Shown here: positions 30,068 through 40,363 of the stretch, piece by piece
How positions within the stretch are numbered: position 1 is the stretch's first letter
How the letters are laid out: the number at the start of each line of letters is the position of its first letter
From: an uncultured Methanomassiliicoccales archaeon
Lineage (GTDB): Archaea > Thermoplasmatota > Thermoplasmata > Methanomassiliicoccales > UBA472
Direction: 5' to 3'
Assembly: GCA_963695345.1 (NCBI GenBank)
Contig: OY968769.1
Span: 1,472,001 to 1,536,000, forward strand
DNA length: 64,000 nt
Program-made: the position numbers and the translations under genes
Notes under the pieces: generated by a model
The model's input: the letters and a program-made list of their open reading frames with translations, nothing else
Told to the model about the DNA's origin: nothing
Databases searched by the model: none

Positions 30068-30871
30068 GGGTTTCCCTTTGTCCTGAGGTCATAGACCGCA
30101 TCGGCCAGCTCGCCGATCTGCTCAGGCGTGATCGCTTCTACGCGGTCGTCCCTGTATGGCACCCGGTCCATCTGCTCCGGTCTTGACATATCCTTTCGAT
30201 CTCAGGATCGTCGATATCTTCTTGCGCCTCTGAAGGAACAGCACCTCAACCAGCTTATGGAACAGCCGTTCGTCCTTGACCTTGAAAGGCGGAGGTCTGG
30301 GCGTCAGCCGGATGACGGCGGAATCTACCTCCGGTTCAGGCCAGAAGCAGTGGCGGCCGACCTTCTCCATCATCTCAGCCTTGGCCCGATAGTAGACGCT
30401 CACCGAGAGGCGCGAATAGTCATCCGTGTCCGCCTTCGCCACCATCCTGTCGGCGAACTCCTTCTGCACCATGATGACCGCCATCTTGAATTCATGGTCC
30501 AGGAGCTTGAATATCAGGGGTGATGATATACTATAAGGGATGTTGGAGATGAAACGGTCGAAAATCGGCCATTTGGCATCAAGGGCATCGGACTCGATGA
30601 GCTCCACCGTCTTGAACTCCCTGCGGACATATGAGGCGATATCGTGGTCCAGCTCAATGGCGATCACTTTGTCCGCCTCCGGAACGAGGCGAGAAGTAAG
30701 AACGCCGAGGCCGGGACCTACTTCGAGCACCGTGTCCGTCCTTGAGATCTGAAGGTAATCGATCTCCCGGCTGGCGACGGTGTCGTCGACCAAGAAGTTC
30801 TGCCCTCGGGATTTCGAGGGGCTTACCCCGATTTGGGCCAGGATGTTCTTGACCTCGGTCGGGCGCACCAC
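30064..30871 (-). CDS. rsmA: 16S rRNA dimethyltransferase KsgA/Dim1; extra base near 30181
   Basis: GQNFL, LEVGPGLG, IELD, SNIPY, MVQKEFA, F.P.P.VDSA, RRK; shifted frame gives RVEAITPEQIGELAD to TAG 30064. Confidence 0.93.
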
Positions 30872-30872
30872 A

Positions 30873-31421
30873 TCACTTCGACACGAAAAGATGGTACTTC
30901 TCAGCCGGGTTGGAAAGCTCCATCTCGATGCGCTTGGCAACGATCTTCTCCGGATGCTTTAGCGAAGGTACCCTGGTGGAGAGTTCCGCGAAGTCCTTGA
31001 ACTTGCCCTTCTTCCTCTCCTCGAGGACCGCCCACATGGTCTTCTTGCCCAGGCCAGGCAGGAGCTCCAGCATGTGATAGCGGGTGGTGATCGGCTGGGC
31101 CTCGTTGAAGAAGTTGATGAAACGGCCCTCTTCCAGCTTGACGATCTCCAGAACGACGAATGGAAGTTCGCTCTGGGCTCCGCCGGTGAGCTCCTCGTAG
31201 GAAACACGCCTCTTGACATGGAGGATCTTGTCGCGCTTTTCGCCTTCCTTGCCAATGTAGACCCGCTCGCCCATGTTGATGATGACGTTCGGCTTCGGCA
31301 CCAACTCGAAGAGCTTGAACTCCTGGCTACCTATTGCGTATGCGAGCGGCTCGCGGGCAAATCCCTTTTCTGAAGGGAGTCCCTGGGGTAGATAGTCGAG
31401 AATGTGCGCGTAGTCTTCCAA
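30873..31421 (-). CDS. DUF655 nucleic-acid-binding protein
   Basis: ILDYLP.G, FFNEA.PIT.R.H.LELLPG.GKK; conserved position after rpo4. Confidence 0.92.
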   Translation of the reverse strand: MEDYAHILDYLPQGLPSEKGFAREPLAYAIGSQEFKLFELVPKPNVIINMGERVYIGKEGEKRDKILHVKRRVSYEELTGGAQSELPFVVLEIVKLEEGRFINFFNEAQPITTRYHMLELLPGLGKKTMWAVLEERKKGKFKDFAELSTRVPSLKHPEKIVAKRIEMELSNPAEKYHLFVSK

Positions 31422-31435
31422 AGGTCACACCAACA

Positions 31436-31765
31436 TCATAGATACTTTTCCACTAATTTAAGAATCTGCTCGATCTGCTTCTTCTCGAGCACTATCCTTT
31501 CCTTAGCGAAAAGAACTCGGACGTCCTCTGGATGGGTCGGGACGATATCAGCGATCTTGACCGAGACCGTGTCTGGAACAAATGATAGGGCTTTCAGCTC
31601 GGCTACGAGCTCCCTTGCCTTGGCCGCGGGCAGCTTGGCGATCTTCGAGGCGTGATCGTAGGATATCCTCTGCTCAGGGGTGAAATCCCGGCCCTTGCTC
31701 TCTTGCTCCAAGTACTCCTTGACTTCGGCAAGAGCGATGTAGCGCTCTTCGGGCATCGAGGTCAC
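31436..31765 (-). CDS. rpo4: RNA polymerase subunit Rpo4 (F)
   Basis: KIADIVP...DVR.LFAKER; synteny with rpl21e and DUF655. Confidence 0.92.
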   Translation of the reverse strand: MTSMPEERYIALAEVKEYLEQESKGRDFTPEQRISYDHASKIAKLPAAKARELVAELKALSFVPDTVSVKIADIVPTHPEDVRVLFAKERIVLEKKQIEQILKLVEKYL

Positions 31766-31769
31766 TTCC

Positions 31770-32063
31770 TCAGTTGACCTTCTTCAGGTGCTCAGGCCTG
31801 CAGATGACGGTCTTTACCTTGTCGCCATCTTTTACGTGGAGCACGAACGAATGTCCCTGGGGTCCGACAACGGTGCCAGTCTTTCCGTGGAAACGGAGGT
31901 GGGGTGCGCCCTTGTGGATGTTGGAGTCGATGAAGATGTTGGCCTTCTCACCGCTCTCGAACACCTGGAATTCGTGGGTGATCGGGGATAGTCCCCTGTT
32001 CCTTGGGGTCTTCCTTAGGATGTTCCTGCCCCTTCGCCTCAGTCCGTGTGACGGTCTAACCAT
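31770..32063 (-). CDS. rpl21e: 50S ribosomal protein L21e
   Basis: HKGAPH.RFHGKTG.V, RPEHLK. Confidence 0.96.
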   Translation of the reverse strand: MVRPSHGLRRRGRNILRKTPRNRGLSPITHEFQVFESGEKANIFIDSNIHKGAPHLRFHGKTGTVVGPQGHSFVLHVKDGDKVKTVICRPEHLKKVN

Positions 32064-32066
32064 GTA

Positions 32067-33311
32067 TTACACCTCAGTGATATCGATTATTTCAACCACA
32101 TCGAGCGCGGTAACCTGGCAGGGTACTCCGAGTTCCTCCGCGAGGTTCGGTTTGGTCCTGCCCCCATCTCCGGAGACCAGTTCTTTCACGTAGGTCCCGG
32201 ATTGAGTTCGCAGACGGAGCACCAGGACGTCGTCGTCGAAGGATTCGACGGAGGCATCGATGATCTCCCTTTCCCGGTCGAGGTCCGCTCTTCTGTGGAC
32301 CACCCGAACGGGAGTCTGCTGGCTAATACGCCTGTGTTTGAACGTGTGAACAACCTCATTTACTTTTTCCTTATTAACTTTGCCGTGGACGGTGACGTGG
32401 GCGAGATACACCTTCTCTGGGTCGTCCATCTTTACCCGGCGCACCTCCGCCTTGGTCGAGAAACGCAGATCGAACGCATCGGCCAGTCCCGCTCCTGATT
32501 CTGAGATCAGCTTCTGCATCTTTTCCAGGTCGATGTCCCTGATCTTCGGCTCGGCTATCTCCAGGACGAAGGGGCGTCCGGACCCGAGCATCCGGGCATC
32601 GATATCCTCACGGCCCATGCCATGGAAGAAATGCTCCCGTCCCTCGGCCTCCTTCAGGATCGGGTCGCCGATGACCTCCTGCACGGATATCTGGTACATC
32701 TTGCCGGTGCCTTTGCAGCGGGGGCAGCCCTTGCCCCGGCACTCCCGGCATGGCCACTTGGTCTGCGGGATCTCCCGGGAATACTTGTGATAGCGGCCGT
32801 ATATGAAAAGCGGAGCGATGCTCAGCTCCACATGGCAGAAACGGGTGTCGATCAATGCCACTACCTCCGGGGTCTCAAAACAGACCTCTTTCTTGGTCTT
32901 GGCCTGGATCAGTTTTCCGATCTCCTGATTGAGCTCTGCCTTGATCGGCTCGGCCTTATCCTGACCGACCTCTGACCAGACCCTCTCCTCGCGTTCCTGG
33001 ATGGTAGGGTCGACACGGCATCCGATGAGGAAGTTGTGGTACTCGACCCGGGACATGGCGTCGATGGCCGCATCCGCGAAACGCTCCACGTTATCGAATA
33101 CATCCTCGCACACCCAGCATTTCTGGTGTTCCAGCTTGACCTTGCCGTCCAGGATGCGCTGGAAGTTAAGGGTCATGCGGACGGACCGGCCCCGGTCCTG
33201 GTTGGACAGGCCAGTATCGACGTGTGCGAATATCCTTCCCAAGCAATGGTCGCAAAGGTCATGCTCCAGTGCCTTCTCGGCTTGCTCTAGAATTTGAGGC
33301 ACTTGTTTCAA
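32067..33311 (-). CDS. pus10: tRNA pseudouridine(54/55) synthase Pus10
   Basis: LCDHCLGR, GRY.K..R.IPQT.W, GREDID.RMLG.GRPF, GTYVKELV.GD.GRT.P. Confidence 0.96.
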   Translation of the reverse strand: MKQVPQILEQAEKALEHDLCDHCLGRIFAHVDTGLSNQDRGRSVRMTLNFQRILDGKVKLEHQKCWVCEDVFDNVERFADAAIDAMSRVEYHNFLIGCRVDPTIQEREERVWSEVGQDKAEPIKAELNQEIGKLIQAKTKKEVCFETPEVVALIDTRFCHVELSIAPLFIYGRYHKYSREIPQTKWPCRECRGKGCPRCKGTGKMYQISVQEVIGDPILKEAEGREHFFHGMGREDIDARMLGSGRPFVLEIAEPKIRDIDLEKMQKLISESGAGLADAFDLRFSTKAEVRRVKMDDPEKVYLAHVTVHGKVNKEKVNEVVHTFKHRRISQQTPVRVVHRRADLDREREIIDASVESFDDDVLVLRLRTQSGTYVKELVSGDGGRTKPNLAEELGVPCQVTALDVVEIIDITEV

Positions 33312-33316
33312 CCCCG

Positions 33317-33856
33317 TTACTGGAAACCCATCTCCATGATCTTCAAGGTGGCCCGCTTGCGTTCCAGGTAGCGGTACACGGTAGCGTGCTCGCTTCCCGA
33401 TAGGACCATGTCCACCGCGGTACGCCCGATGGGCAGCTGAATGGAATTCCCGATGATGGCTACGGTGTCGCCGTAGACCGACAGATCGACGCCGCTCATG
33501 TCCTCGATTATCCGGCGAGTCTTTCCGCCGGTACCGATGACCCGGGCCCTCATTCGCTGTAACTGGTCATGGCCTTTGCCGACGTAATCGTCAATGTCCA
33601 TGATCTCCAGGTACTCATCCTCGCCCATCAGCCTCAGCGCCCGTTCAGGCGAGAATCCCCGGCCGATGGCCTTGATGATGTCGACAGCCTTCAGGGACAT
33701 GACCGGGTCCTTGGCACCCTCGTCCTCGATGAACACCTCTCCCTCGGTGTCGACCCTGACGGTCATCTGCATCCTTTCCTGGAGCATTCTCTTGCTGGCT
33801 CCGTCTTTGCCGATAAGGGCCCCCACTCTCTCTTTCGGGATGCGCACTGCCTTCAT
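33317..33856 (-). CDS. KH-domain RNA-processing protein (Dim2/Pno1)
   Basis: LIGKDG, AIGRGFSPE.A, RVIG..GK.R. Confidence 0.92.
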   Translation of the reverse strand: MKAVRIPKERVGALIGKDGASKRMLQERMQMTVRVDTEGEVFIEDEGAKDPVMSLKAVDIIKAIGRGFSPERALRLMGEDEYLEIMDIDDYVGKGHDQLQRMRARVIGTGGKTRRIIEDMSGVDLSVYGDTVAIIGNSIQLPIGRTAVDMVLSGSEHATVYRYLERKRATLKIMEMGFQ

Positions 33857-34644
33857 TTTGTCTTGGCCCCCTGTATTAATTTGAGAACTTCCGCGTCGGT
33901 CTTGGTCTTGATGTCCAACGACCTGAAATAGTGATTTATATTGGTGATGTCCCGTTTCAGGAACTCCAGCGAGTTCACATGATCGACCAGCATCGCCTGC
34001 CCGACGTCGATGATGACCGGCTCGCCGTTCTCCATGAGGATGTTGTACTCGCTGAGGTCTCCGTGGACCAGCTCCGCCTTCTGATACATGATCTTCATGT
34101 ACTTCAGGATCGTCTTGTATATCTGATCCGGGTCCTCCAGGTGCGAGTTCTTGAGGCTCGGGGCTGGCTGTTCCTCGGTGCCGATGTATTCCATGAACAG
34201 GATGTTCTTGTGGAACCGTACTGGTTCTGGGACCCGGACCTTAGCCTCGGTCATGCGGCAGAGGTTCTTGAACTCCTTGGCCGACCAGGCAAAGACGATC
34301 TTGCGGTGGGATCCCTGCAGGCCCTTGAACCGGGGATCTCCCTCGATATACTTGGCGATGTTGTGGAAGGTCGAGTTGGAGGTGCGGTAGACCTTCATCG
34401 CCAGTATCTCGTTCTCGGGCGTGGTGACACGAAAAACGTTGCCCTCCTTGCCGGTGGAGATAGGGAAATCGACCGTCTCCAGCACGCCCATCTTCATGAG
34501 CTTGTCGAGGGCGTACATGGTCTGCCGGTCGAAGACCTCGTCCAGCGTCTTGCGGGCGTCATCCTGGGCATTCTCGGAACGCCTCAGGCGGAGGCTCTCC
34601 ACCTTGCGATCAAGATCAGAAAAAGTATTGTCGTTCTTGGGCAT
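33853..34644 (-). CDS. rio1: RIO1 atypical Ser/Thr kinase
   Basis: ISTGKE, K.YR, LVHGDLSEYNIL, IDVGQA. Confidence 0.95.
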   Translation of the reverse strand: MPKNDNTFSDLDRKVESLRLRRSENAQDDARKTLDEVFDRQTMYALDKLMKMGVLETVDFPISTGKEGNVFRVTTPENEILAMKVYRTSNSTFHNIAKYIEGDPRFKGLQGSHRKIVFAWSAKEFKNLCRMTEAKVRVPEPVRFHKNILFMEYIGTEEQPAPSLKNSHLEDPDQIYKTILKYMKIMYQKAELVHGDLSEYNILMENGEPVIIDVGQAMLVDHVNSLEFLKRDITNINHYFRSLDIKTKTDAEVLKLIQGAKTK

Positions 34645-34658
34645 TGCGATGCCCTCCC

Positions 34659-34985
34659 TTAAAAGACATCCAGGTTCTTCGGCAATACCTTCTTGCGGCT
34701 CATATAGGTAGCCTGGGTCTTGGTGTAACGGTAAAGGATGTCCGCTTTGTCGTCCTGGAATTCCCAGGGACGGAGGATGAGCAGGTCCCCCTCACGGATC
34801 CACATGCGCTTGCGGATCTTGCCCGGTATACGGCCCATGCGGGACTTTCCGTCCGCGCACATGATCTTGATTCTCGAGGCTCCGAGAAGCTGGTCGGCTA
34901 TGCCGAACATTTCTCCCTCCTTCCTGTTTGGATAGGGGCAGCGCAGAATCTCATCGCTCTGCTCCACATCAACCTGATTATTCAA
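34659..34985 (-). CDS. eif1a: Translation initiation factor aIF-1A
   Basis: LLGASR..C.DG..R.GRIPGK..KR.WIREGD, PWEFQ..KADI; TTATATA at 35027-35033 (minus). Confidence 0.96.
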   Translation of the reverse strand: MNNQVDVEQSDEILRCPYPNRKEGEMFGIADQLLGASRIKIMCADGKSRMGRIPGKIRKRMWIREGDLLILRPWEFQDDKADILYRYTKTQATYMSRKKVLPKNLDVF

Positions 34986-35108
34986 TCAAAGCCTCCGATT
35001 AGTGCGTCTCTCATAAACTAAACTAGTATATAACGTTGTTTCAGGGAATGACCGCTAAACCAGCCAATGGCCATTCAGAGTCTGTTATGTCCATCGTCTA
35101 GCAGCCAA

Positions 35109-35954
35109 TCATCGGAATAGCTCGTCCGCGAGCCAGTGATCGCGGTCCATGCGGGCCTGCTCGTCGAGGGCATGGCCAGAATCGTACCATTTCACAACCT
35201 TCGGGTCGCTCGCCGCGTCCGCCAGGGATTGCATCCTGTCGTGCCCGAAATACTCTTCCCTGGTCCCCATTTGAAGCATGACGCTCGCCGGTGCCGCATG
35301 GGGAACGAACCGGACAGGGTCGATGTCCTCCACCTTCCCACGGTATCTCGCCACCTCTTCCTTGGTAATGTTCGGTATGCTCGCTGTCGCCACGTCGGCG
35401 AAGCTTACGGTCCCCGACATTAGAACATACGCCCTGGCCCTCCGATCGATGCTGGTGATCAGGGCACCGCACAAGGCTCCCAGGCTGTGCCCGACATATC
35501 CGAGTCGCTCCCCGTCCACCATCGGCTCGGACATCAGAACGTCGATCGCCCTCCTGAGGTCCTTGACAGAGTCGATGAACTCCGCCCGGTCGTGGTCTGG
35601 ATTTCCCATGTCCTTCGCCCATTCCATGCCCGCTGACCATGCCGCGTCCACCATAAGTGAGCAGATCCGCAGGTCAGCCAGTTTCAACGCCTCGTCCAGG
35701 AAGGTCTTTCTGGAACCGGGCAGAGGATGGACGAACAGAATAGCGGGGAATCCCTTTCCGACCGTAGGGGTCACCATGTAGGCGTTGATCGTTCGGCCGC
35801 TGGCCCCTCGATAGCTGATGTCATGCACGACCTTCCCGTCGAATACCTCCTCTCCAACCTCATGAATGTCCAGGTCTGCTTCGGTATTGTAATCGAAACG
35901 GGGGTCGCTCTTCAGGTTCAGTGTTATGCTGGGTGATGAGATCATTTGAATCAT
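35109..35954 (-). CDS. Alpha/beta hydrolase
   Basis: YVGHSLGA nucleophile elbow; C-terminal YDSGH; start uncertain. Confidence 0.85.
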   Translation of the reverse strand: MIQMISSPSITLNLKSDPRFDYNTEADLDIHEVGEEVFDGKVVHDISYRGASGRTINAYMVTPTVGKGFPAILFVHPLPGSRKTFLDEALKLADLRICSLMVDAAWSAGMEWAKDMGNPDHDRAEFIDSVKDLRRAIDVLMSEPMVDGERLGYVGHSLGALCGALITSIDRRARAYVLMSGTVSFADVATASIPNITKEEVARYRGKVEDIDPVRFVPHAAPASVMLQMGTREEYFGHDRMQSLADAASDPKVVKWYDSGHALDEQARMDRDHWLADELFR

Positions 35955-36164
35955 TACTTGGTTTGGTAGTATCAGATATAAGATGATTGGCGGGCGGATC
36001 GGCAACCAATTCGGACCGTCTTTGTTGGCGCAGTGCCAAGGATAAGGAGGAATGGGGTTGGGGGGTGTCCATGGTGATTAGTGGTGTTGATCGCTTCAAT
36101 AACCGTTACGATCTGCACCTTACCTAAGGTTTAAGTATGGTTTCCAATATGAACGCATAAATCC

Positions 36165-36268
36165 GCTCCCGTAGTGTAGTCCGGTCAATCATGTTGGCCT
36201 TTCGTCGCGGGGAATTGCTTCGCGGAAGCAAGTCAACGACTCGGGTTCAAATCCCGGCGGGAGCACCA
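36165..36268 (+). tRNA. tRNA-Glu(TTC) with 26-nt intron at 37/38 (36205-36230)
   Basis: Acceptor GCTCCCG/CGGGAGC, anticodon TTC 36201-36203, T loop TTCAAAT, ACCA; BHB: CTTT pairs with intron GAAG, inner helix cgcgggg/cttcgcg; TTTAAGTA TATA at about 36130. Confidence 0.93.
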
Positions 36269-36532
36269 CTTCTATCCAAAAGATAAATTTCTGCTCAGGC
36301 ATTTTCGATATCATGGTCGGACCTAATAAGTTCAACACGATCAAATATTGGTGCCGCCAAAGCCATGGATTGCATATGGGGCGAATATCTTGGTCCTGTT
36401 CCCGGGTCGGCCTTCCCGATACGGGCATGATATGGGTTTTGATCCTGCGATGGTATGCTAACCTAGCATCGCCTCCCCAGTCATTTTCCTCTTCCCATGT
36501 CGCAAAATTGAAATAAAAACCTTGTTGATTGG

Positions 36533-37609
36533 TTGAAGGGTGTTCACATAGCGAACTTGCCGGACCTGACCAGATCCGAACTTGATTCTCATTTCGTCCA
36601 ACTGCAGAAGAAATGTCCCCATCTTCAGGCCTTCGTCAAAGCTCCCCGGTCTGACCTTACCTATGTTTATCCCGAGGGCGCCGATTCCCAATCATTCCAT
36701 GGTGCAAGCATCGGCAAGCTGTTCACCACTACGCTCGTTCATCAATTAGTGATGGAGGGCAGGTTGTCGTTATCGACGCCCTTATACAAACTGGTTCCCG
36801 AGTACACATTGAAAAGGCTCTTCGTCTACCGTGGACTGGACTACCGTCATCTTGTGACCGTGGACCACCTGCTCACCCATACCTCGGGGATGGCCGATAA
36901 CTTCGGTGACAAAGGGAAAAAGGCTACGCAGTTCATGGACCTCGTCCTCTCAGAGCCAGAACGACTATGGGACCCGGATTCGATCCTGGAGTTCTGCCGG
37001 GAGAACCTCGATGCGGTTGATGTCCCTGGGGCCCGGTATCACTACTCCGACCCCGGTTTCGTCCTGCTCGGGAAGATCATCGAGGCGGTGACTGGGAAGA
37101 AGTTCCATCAAAATCTGCAGGAACGGATTTTCGATCCACTGGGGATGACCAATTCCTACTTCCTATTCACTCCTCAGAGATCAGCCCGTGGGCCGATCAA
37201 CAAGATCGAGCTGCACGGTTCCGATGTGTCAGGATACAATAGTCTCAGCTGCGATCAGGCAGGTGGTGGCGTTGTTTCGACCCCGAAGGACCTGGATGTT
37301 TTCATCAGGGCTTTGTTCCAAGGGCGTTTGATAGAAAGAGGACTCTTGCAGGGCATGATGGACTTTCCCTACAAATTTCGAAACGGGATCTACTACGGGA
37401 GGGGGACGATGGAACTGCGGATGGAAGGCCTTTTCTTCTTACTAAGAGGATATCCCCGATTTAGGGGCCATATCGGGATCCTGTCCACTCACCTATGGTA
37501 CGACGAGGTAAATGACATCAGCTATGTACTGAACTTCGGCTCCGACCGGCATATGAAGCTCAGCTTCCAGGCCTTGATAAGGTTGGTCAATGCATATGGA
37601 CGACGTTAG
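36533..37609 (+). CDS. Serine hydrolase (beta-lactamase/PBP fold)
   Basis: SIGK (SxxK), LLTHTSG, YHYSD, GGG.VST, GHIG. Confidence 0.9.
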   Translation: MKGVHIANLPDLTRSELDSHFVQLQKKCPHLQAFVKAPRSDLTYVYPEGADSQSFHGASIGKLFTTTLVHQLVMEGRLSLSTPLYKLVPEYTLKRLFVYRGLDYRHLVTVDHLLTHTSGMADNFGDKGKKATQFMDLVLSEPERLWDPDSILEFCRENLDAVDVPGARYHYSDPGFVLLGKIIEAVTGKKFHQNLQERIFDPLGMTNSYFLFTPQRSARGPINKIELHGSDVSGYNSLSCDQAGGGVVSTPKDLDVFIRALFQGRLIERGLLQGMMDFPYKFRNGIYYGRGTMELRMEGLFFLLRGYPRFRGHIGILSTHLWYDEVNDISYVLNFGSDRHMKLSFQALIRLVNAYGRR

Positions 37610-38061
37610 GAATTGCGTCGAAGCCGCAATTAACATTGGACTTTAATGGCATATGCTTGTAGCACGTCCCATTGGAACAACATTCCCTATTCTGGAAGAG
37701 GGGCGGGGAAGTTCCGATACACATATTCGACCGGTCCAGATAGTAGCCCTAGGCTAGGGCCAATATTCAGTGCCTATAGACCACCGCGACTGGACCGTTC
37801 TGGTTCGGCCATCGGCTGATGAAACTGCCGAACTGGTCCTTGAATAATAGTATGCGATCGATGGTGAACACACAATATGCCTGACCGTTTTCAATTCAGT
37901 TTCGGCCAGGGCATGTCGTGATTCTTTTAGTTGGCCAGGTCGGACGTTAATGTGAGGACCTTTCGAGGCCAGTGGAGATGGTCGTCGTTCTTCTGGTGGG
38001 CATCGTTGCGATCACAGGGGATGGGACCGATCCGGGAATGGTGGCTGGGTTCGAGATCTGT

Positions 38062-38856
38062 TTATCTCTTCAGCCTCTTGCGCATGATGTTCACGAAACG
38101 CGTGTTGCTGATCGGGTGGTCGGCGATCAGCTCACCGTCGTGGACGATGCAGAACACACCGAATGGGCAGGGAGAAGCCTGGGCCTCATCCGAGCCTTCG
38201 ATCTCGATCAATTTCGTCCTCAGTCCGAACTCGTCCTTGGCACTCGCCATGATGGCGTTCACGTTCTTCACGGAATAGGGGCACTGTGGAGAGCGTAGGA
38301 TGGTGACTCCCTCGCCATACCGTTTCAGGCCGTCCATCATGTCCTTCTTGAAACAGGGGTCCTCTGCCGAATCTCCGAACCTAAGGGCCAAGAGCTCGAA
38401 GTCCGGCGGTGCACTGTCTACCGCCACGAACCCCTTCTTCTGGAAGATATCCCTGTCCGCCATGAACGAACCCTTTCGGGTGACCACCGCAACTCCGTCC
38501 AATCCCTGTTCTTTAGACTCCCTGATGCACTCCTCTAGAAGTGCCGAGGCAAGCCCCCTCCCTTTGTACTCCTTCCTGAAGCCGACAAAGATGCAATGGA
38601 TGAACATGTACCTGTCCGCATCGACCGGCCGATGCGCATACTTACCGGGAATGTATTCCAGCATTCCCTGGTAACCGCCGCTCTCCATGATGACTGCCTT
38701 GATCCTGAGGCCCAGGGGGTGGTATCTCCTGAACCACTCAATCTTCCGCTGAAGCTCGACCTGCTTACCGACGTCCTTGTACCCGCACACACCGTAGTCG
38801 GCGATGTTTCCCGGCGTTAGGTCGACGATCTCAAATTTTTCCATCCATACCATCAA
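38062..38856 (-). CDS. GNAT acetyltransferase with C-terminal YoaP domain
   Basis: LEYIPG..A.RPV, IHC..V, KGRGLA..LL, QCPY, AQ..PCPF. Confidence 0.85.
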   Translation of the reverse strand: MMVWMEKFEIVDLTPGNIADYGVCGYKDVGKQVELQRKIEWFRRYHPLGLRIKAVIMESGGYQGMLEYIPGKYAHRPVDADRYMFIHCIFVGFRKEYKGRGLASALLEECIRESKEQGLDGVAVVTRKGSFMADRDIFQKKGFVAVDSAPPDFELLALRFGDSAEDPCFKKDMMDGLKRYGEGVTILRSPQCPYSVKNVNAIMASAKDEFGLRTKLIEIEGSDEAQASPCPFGVFCIVHDGELIADHPISNTRFVNIMRKRLKR

Positions 38857-38999
38857 TTGGCATGGCTGGTTTTAAATCTAGTCATATTGTTCCGACCACC
38901 CAACGCTATTGGTATGGGATATCAGAACTGGCGCTCATGTTAGGGTTGACCTACTCTGAATCCGGGATTGGAAGAGAAGGGCTCAAACAAAACCAATTT

Positions 39000-39635
39000 T
39001 TACGGTCTATCTCCGTTCAGTATGCTCTGGGCATTAGTATCTTTTAGAGTATAGGTCACGCTCAACCCCGGGTCGATGGTTACTGTCGTGTAAACCACCT
39101 TGGTATCAACACCGATGTAGGTATCGGACGGTGGGATTGATCCGCCGTCCCCCAGCGATTTCTCAGGGCAATGGTAGTGGTACACCCTCTTCTCTCCGAA
39201 CGCCGTCTGGACCGTCTCGATCGTTGGTGTCGCATTGTTGTTGCTGGTGTCACTGAGGGCATAACCGATGTGAGGCCAGTAAGAGTAGTCACGGGACTCG
39301 TTGTGGTACACTACTGTGCCATTGTAGTAGATATCATAGTTATGCATCGTGAAGGAGCGATAGCTCGACCCGGTGATGTTCCAGACGATAGTGGTATGCA
39401 TCACGGACTCCGAGTTGTACGCTACCGCCTGGTCCCAGATCAGGTAGTCGCCGGCCTCAAGGTTCGCGTGTGGCCCCCCGAATGGCAGCCCGGCGAGGAC
39501 CATCAGGAACGGTGAGGTGAATACGGCCACGATCAATAGGGAGAGGAGGATCAATTTTAGCCGGAAGCGTGGTCTCTTGGCGGGTGGACCGACCGTTACG
39601 ATCTGTTGTTGATCGACCTCGAATTGAGCATCCAT
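39000..39635 (-). CDS. Hypothetical membrane-anchored extracellular protein
   Basis: Basic stretch + one TM helix, then beta-rich domain with TAFG motif and several N-x-S/T sequons. Confidence 0.7.
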   Translation of the reverse strand: MDAQFEVDQQQIVTVGPPAKRPRFRLKLILLSLLIVAVFTSPFLMVLAGLPFGGPHANLEAGDYLIWDQAVAYNSESVMHTTIVWNITGSSYRSFTMHNYDIYYNGTVVYHNESRDYSYWPHIGYALSDTSNNNATPTIETVQTAFGEKRVYHYHCPEKSLGDGGSIPPSDTYIGVDTKVVYTTVTIDPGLSVTYTLKDTNAQSILNGDRP

Positions 39636-40017
39636 GACTTTCCCGTCTGTAATGATCTGTAGACTGAATTATTCCAGCCACTTTAATAATTGATGTCCTA
39701 CCCGAAATCAAAGGAGCCGATCCATTTATGTAGCCCCCTCGAAACGAGGCTGCCCGATACCGGAGGTCTCTCGCCAGATGATCTGGTCCCTTTGGGAAAT
39801 GTTTCGGAGAAAACCTTCACCATCCCATGACGATGTGGTTCCAGTGAGTTCGAGAACTCCTTACGGTACCTGACGATTCTTCAGATTTCATTCGTAGGCG
39901 ATTTTAACAATTTGTTAAGGGTCCAGGATCGCCCCGAGCCTGTCCTTTCCGTCTTCCAGATTTCCGTGGGTAAAGAGGCGCCTTGCTTTCCATTCATTCC
40001 AATATGTAGAAATTTTC

Positions 40018-40033
40018 ATAAATTTATATATAG
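40018..40033 (+). promoter_or_regulatory. TATA box of the small-protein/prenyltransferase operon
   Basis: ataaaTTTATATAtag, nearly identical to the promoter at 8378-8394; GGAGA RBS at 40055-40059. Confidence 0.65.
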
Positions 40034-40067
40034 AAAGTATAGACAATATATACTGGAGATCATGCAC

Positions 40068-40361
40068 ATGATCCAAAAAGAACCTACCATGGATATGGAG
40101 TCATTCATCGCCAAATTGAACAGCGACACGGCCTTCCGAAACAAGTTCCTTGATTATCCTGTGGATACTTTAAGAGAATCTGGATTTTCCTTAGGACAGG
40201 ATGTAGAGGAGAAAATCGAGGCAGCAATGGGTTATCTTAAGGAAGATATCAGGCACATTTTCGAAATCCCGTCAGGATCTAGTGATTTCCTGGAGATGAT
40301 CGGGTTCGGATTAACGATGCCGCCGGAGATCGAGGTCGAACCAGATATCAAAATCACATAA
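40068..40361 (+). CDS. 97-aa acidic protein with NHLP/Os1348-type RiPP leader-like N-terminus
   Basis: FIAKLNSDTAFRNKFLDYPVDTLRESGFSL resembles the D-x-x-F-R-x-x-L-L-x-D-P-x-x-x-L-x-x-x-G-x-x-L leader motif; start ATG 40068 (or 40062/40089), not the track's 39912. Confidence 0.65.
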   Translation: MIQKEPTMDMESFIAKLNSDTAFRNKFLDYPVDTLRESGFSLGQDVEEKIEAAMGYLKEDIRHIFEIPSGSSDFLEMIGFGLTMPPEIEVEPDIKIT

Positions 40362-40363
40362 CA

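Noticed and set aside
36533-37609. Antibiotic-resistance calls (beta-lactamase here, RPH at 479-3105, MefA-like pump at 56165-57448)
   Set aside because: Only family-level motifs are visible, and archaea are generally insensitive to these drugs, so substrates are left unassigned.
37816-37826. CTGATGA followed by AA, resembling a hammerhead ribozyme core
   Set aside because: No stem II between CUGAUGA and a separate GAAA; the topology cannot form.
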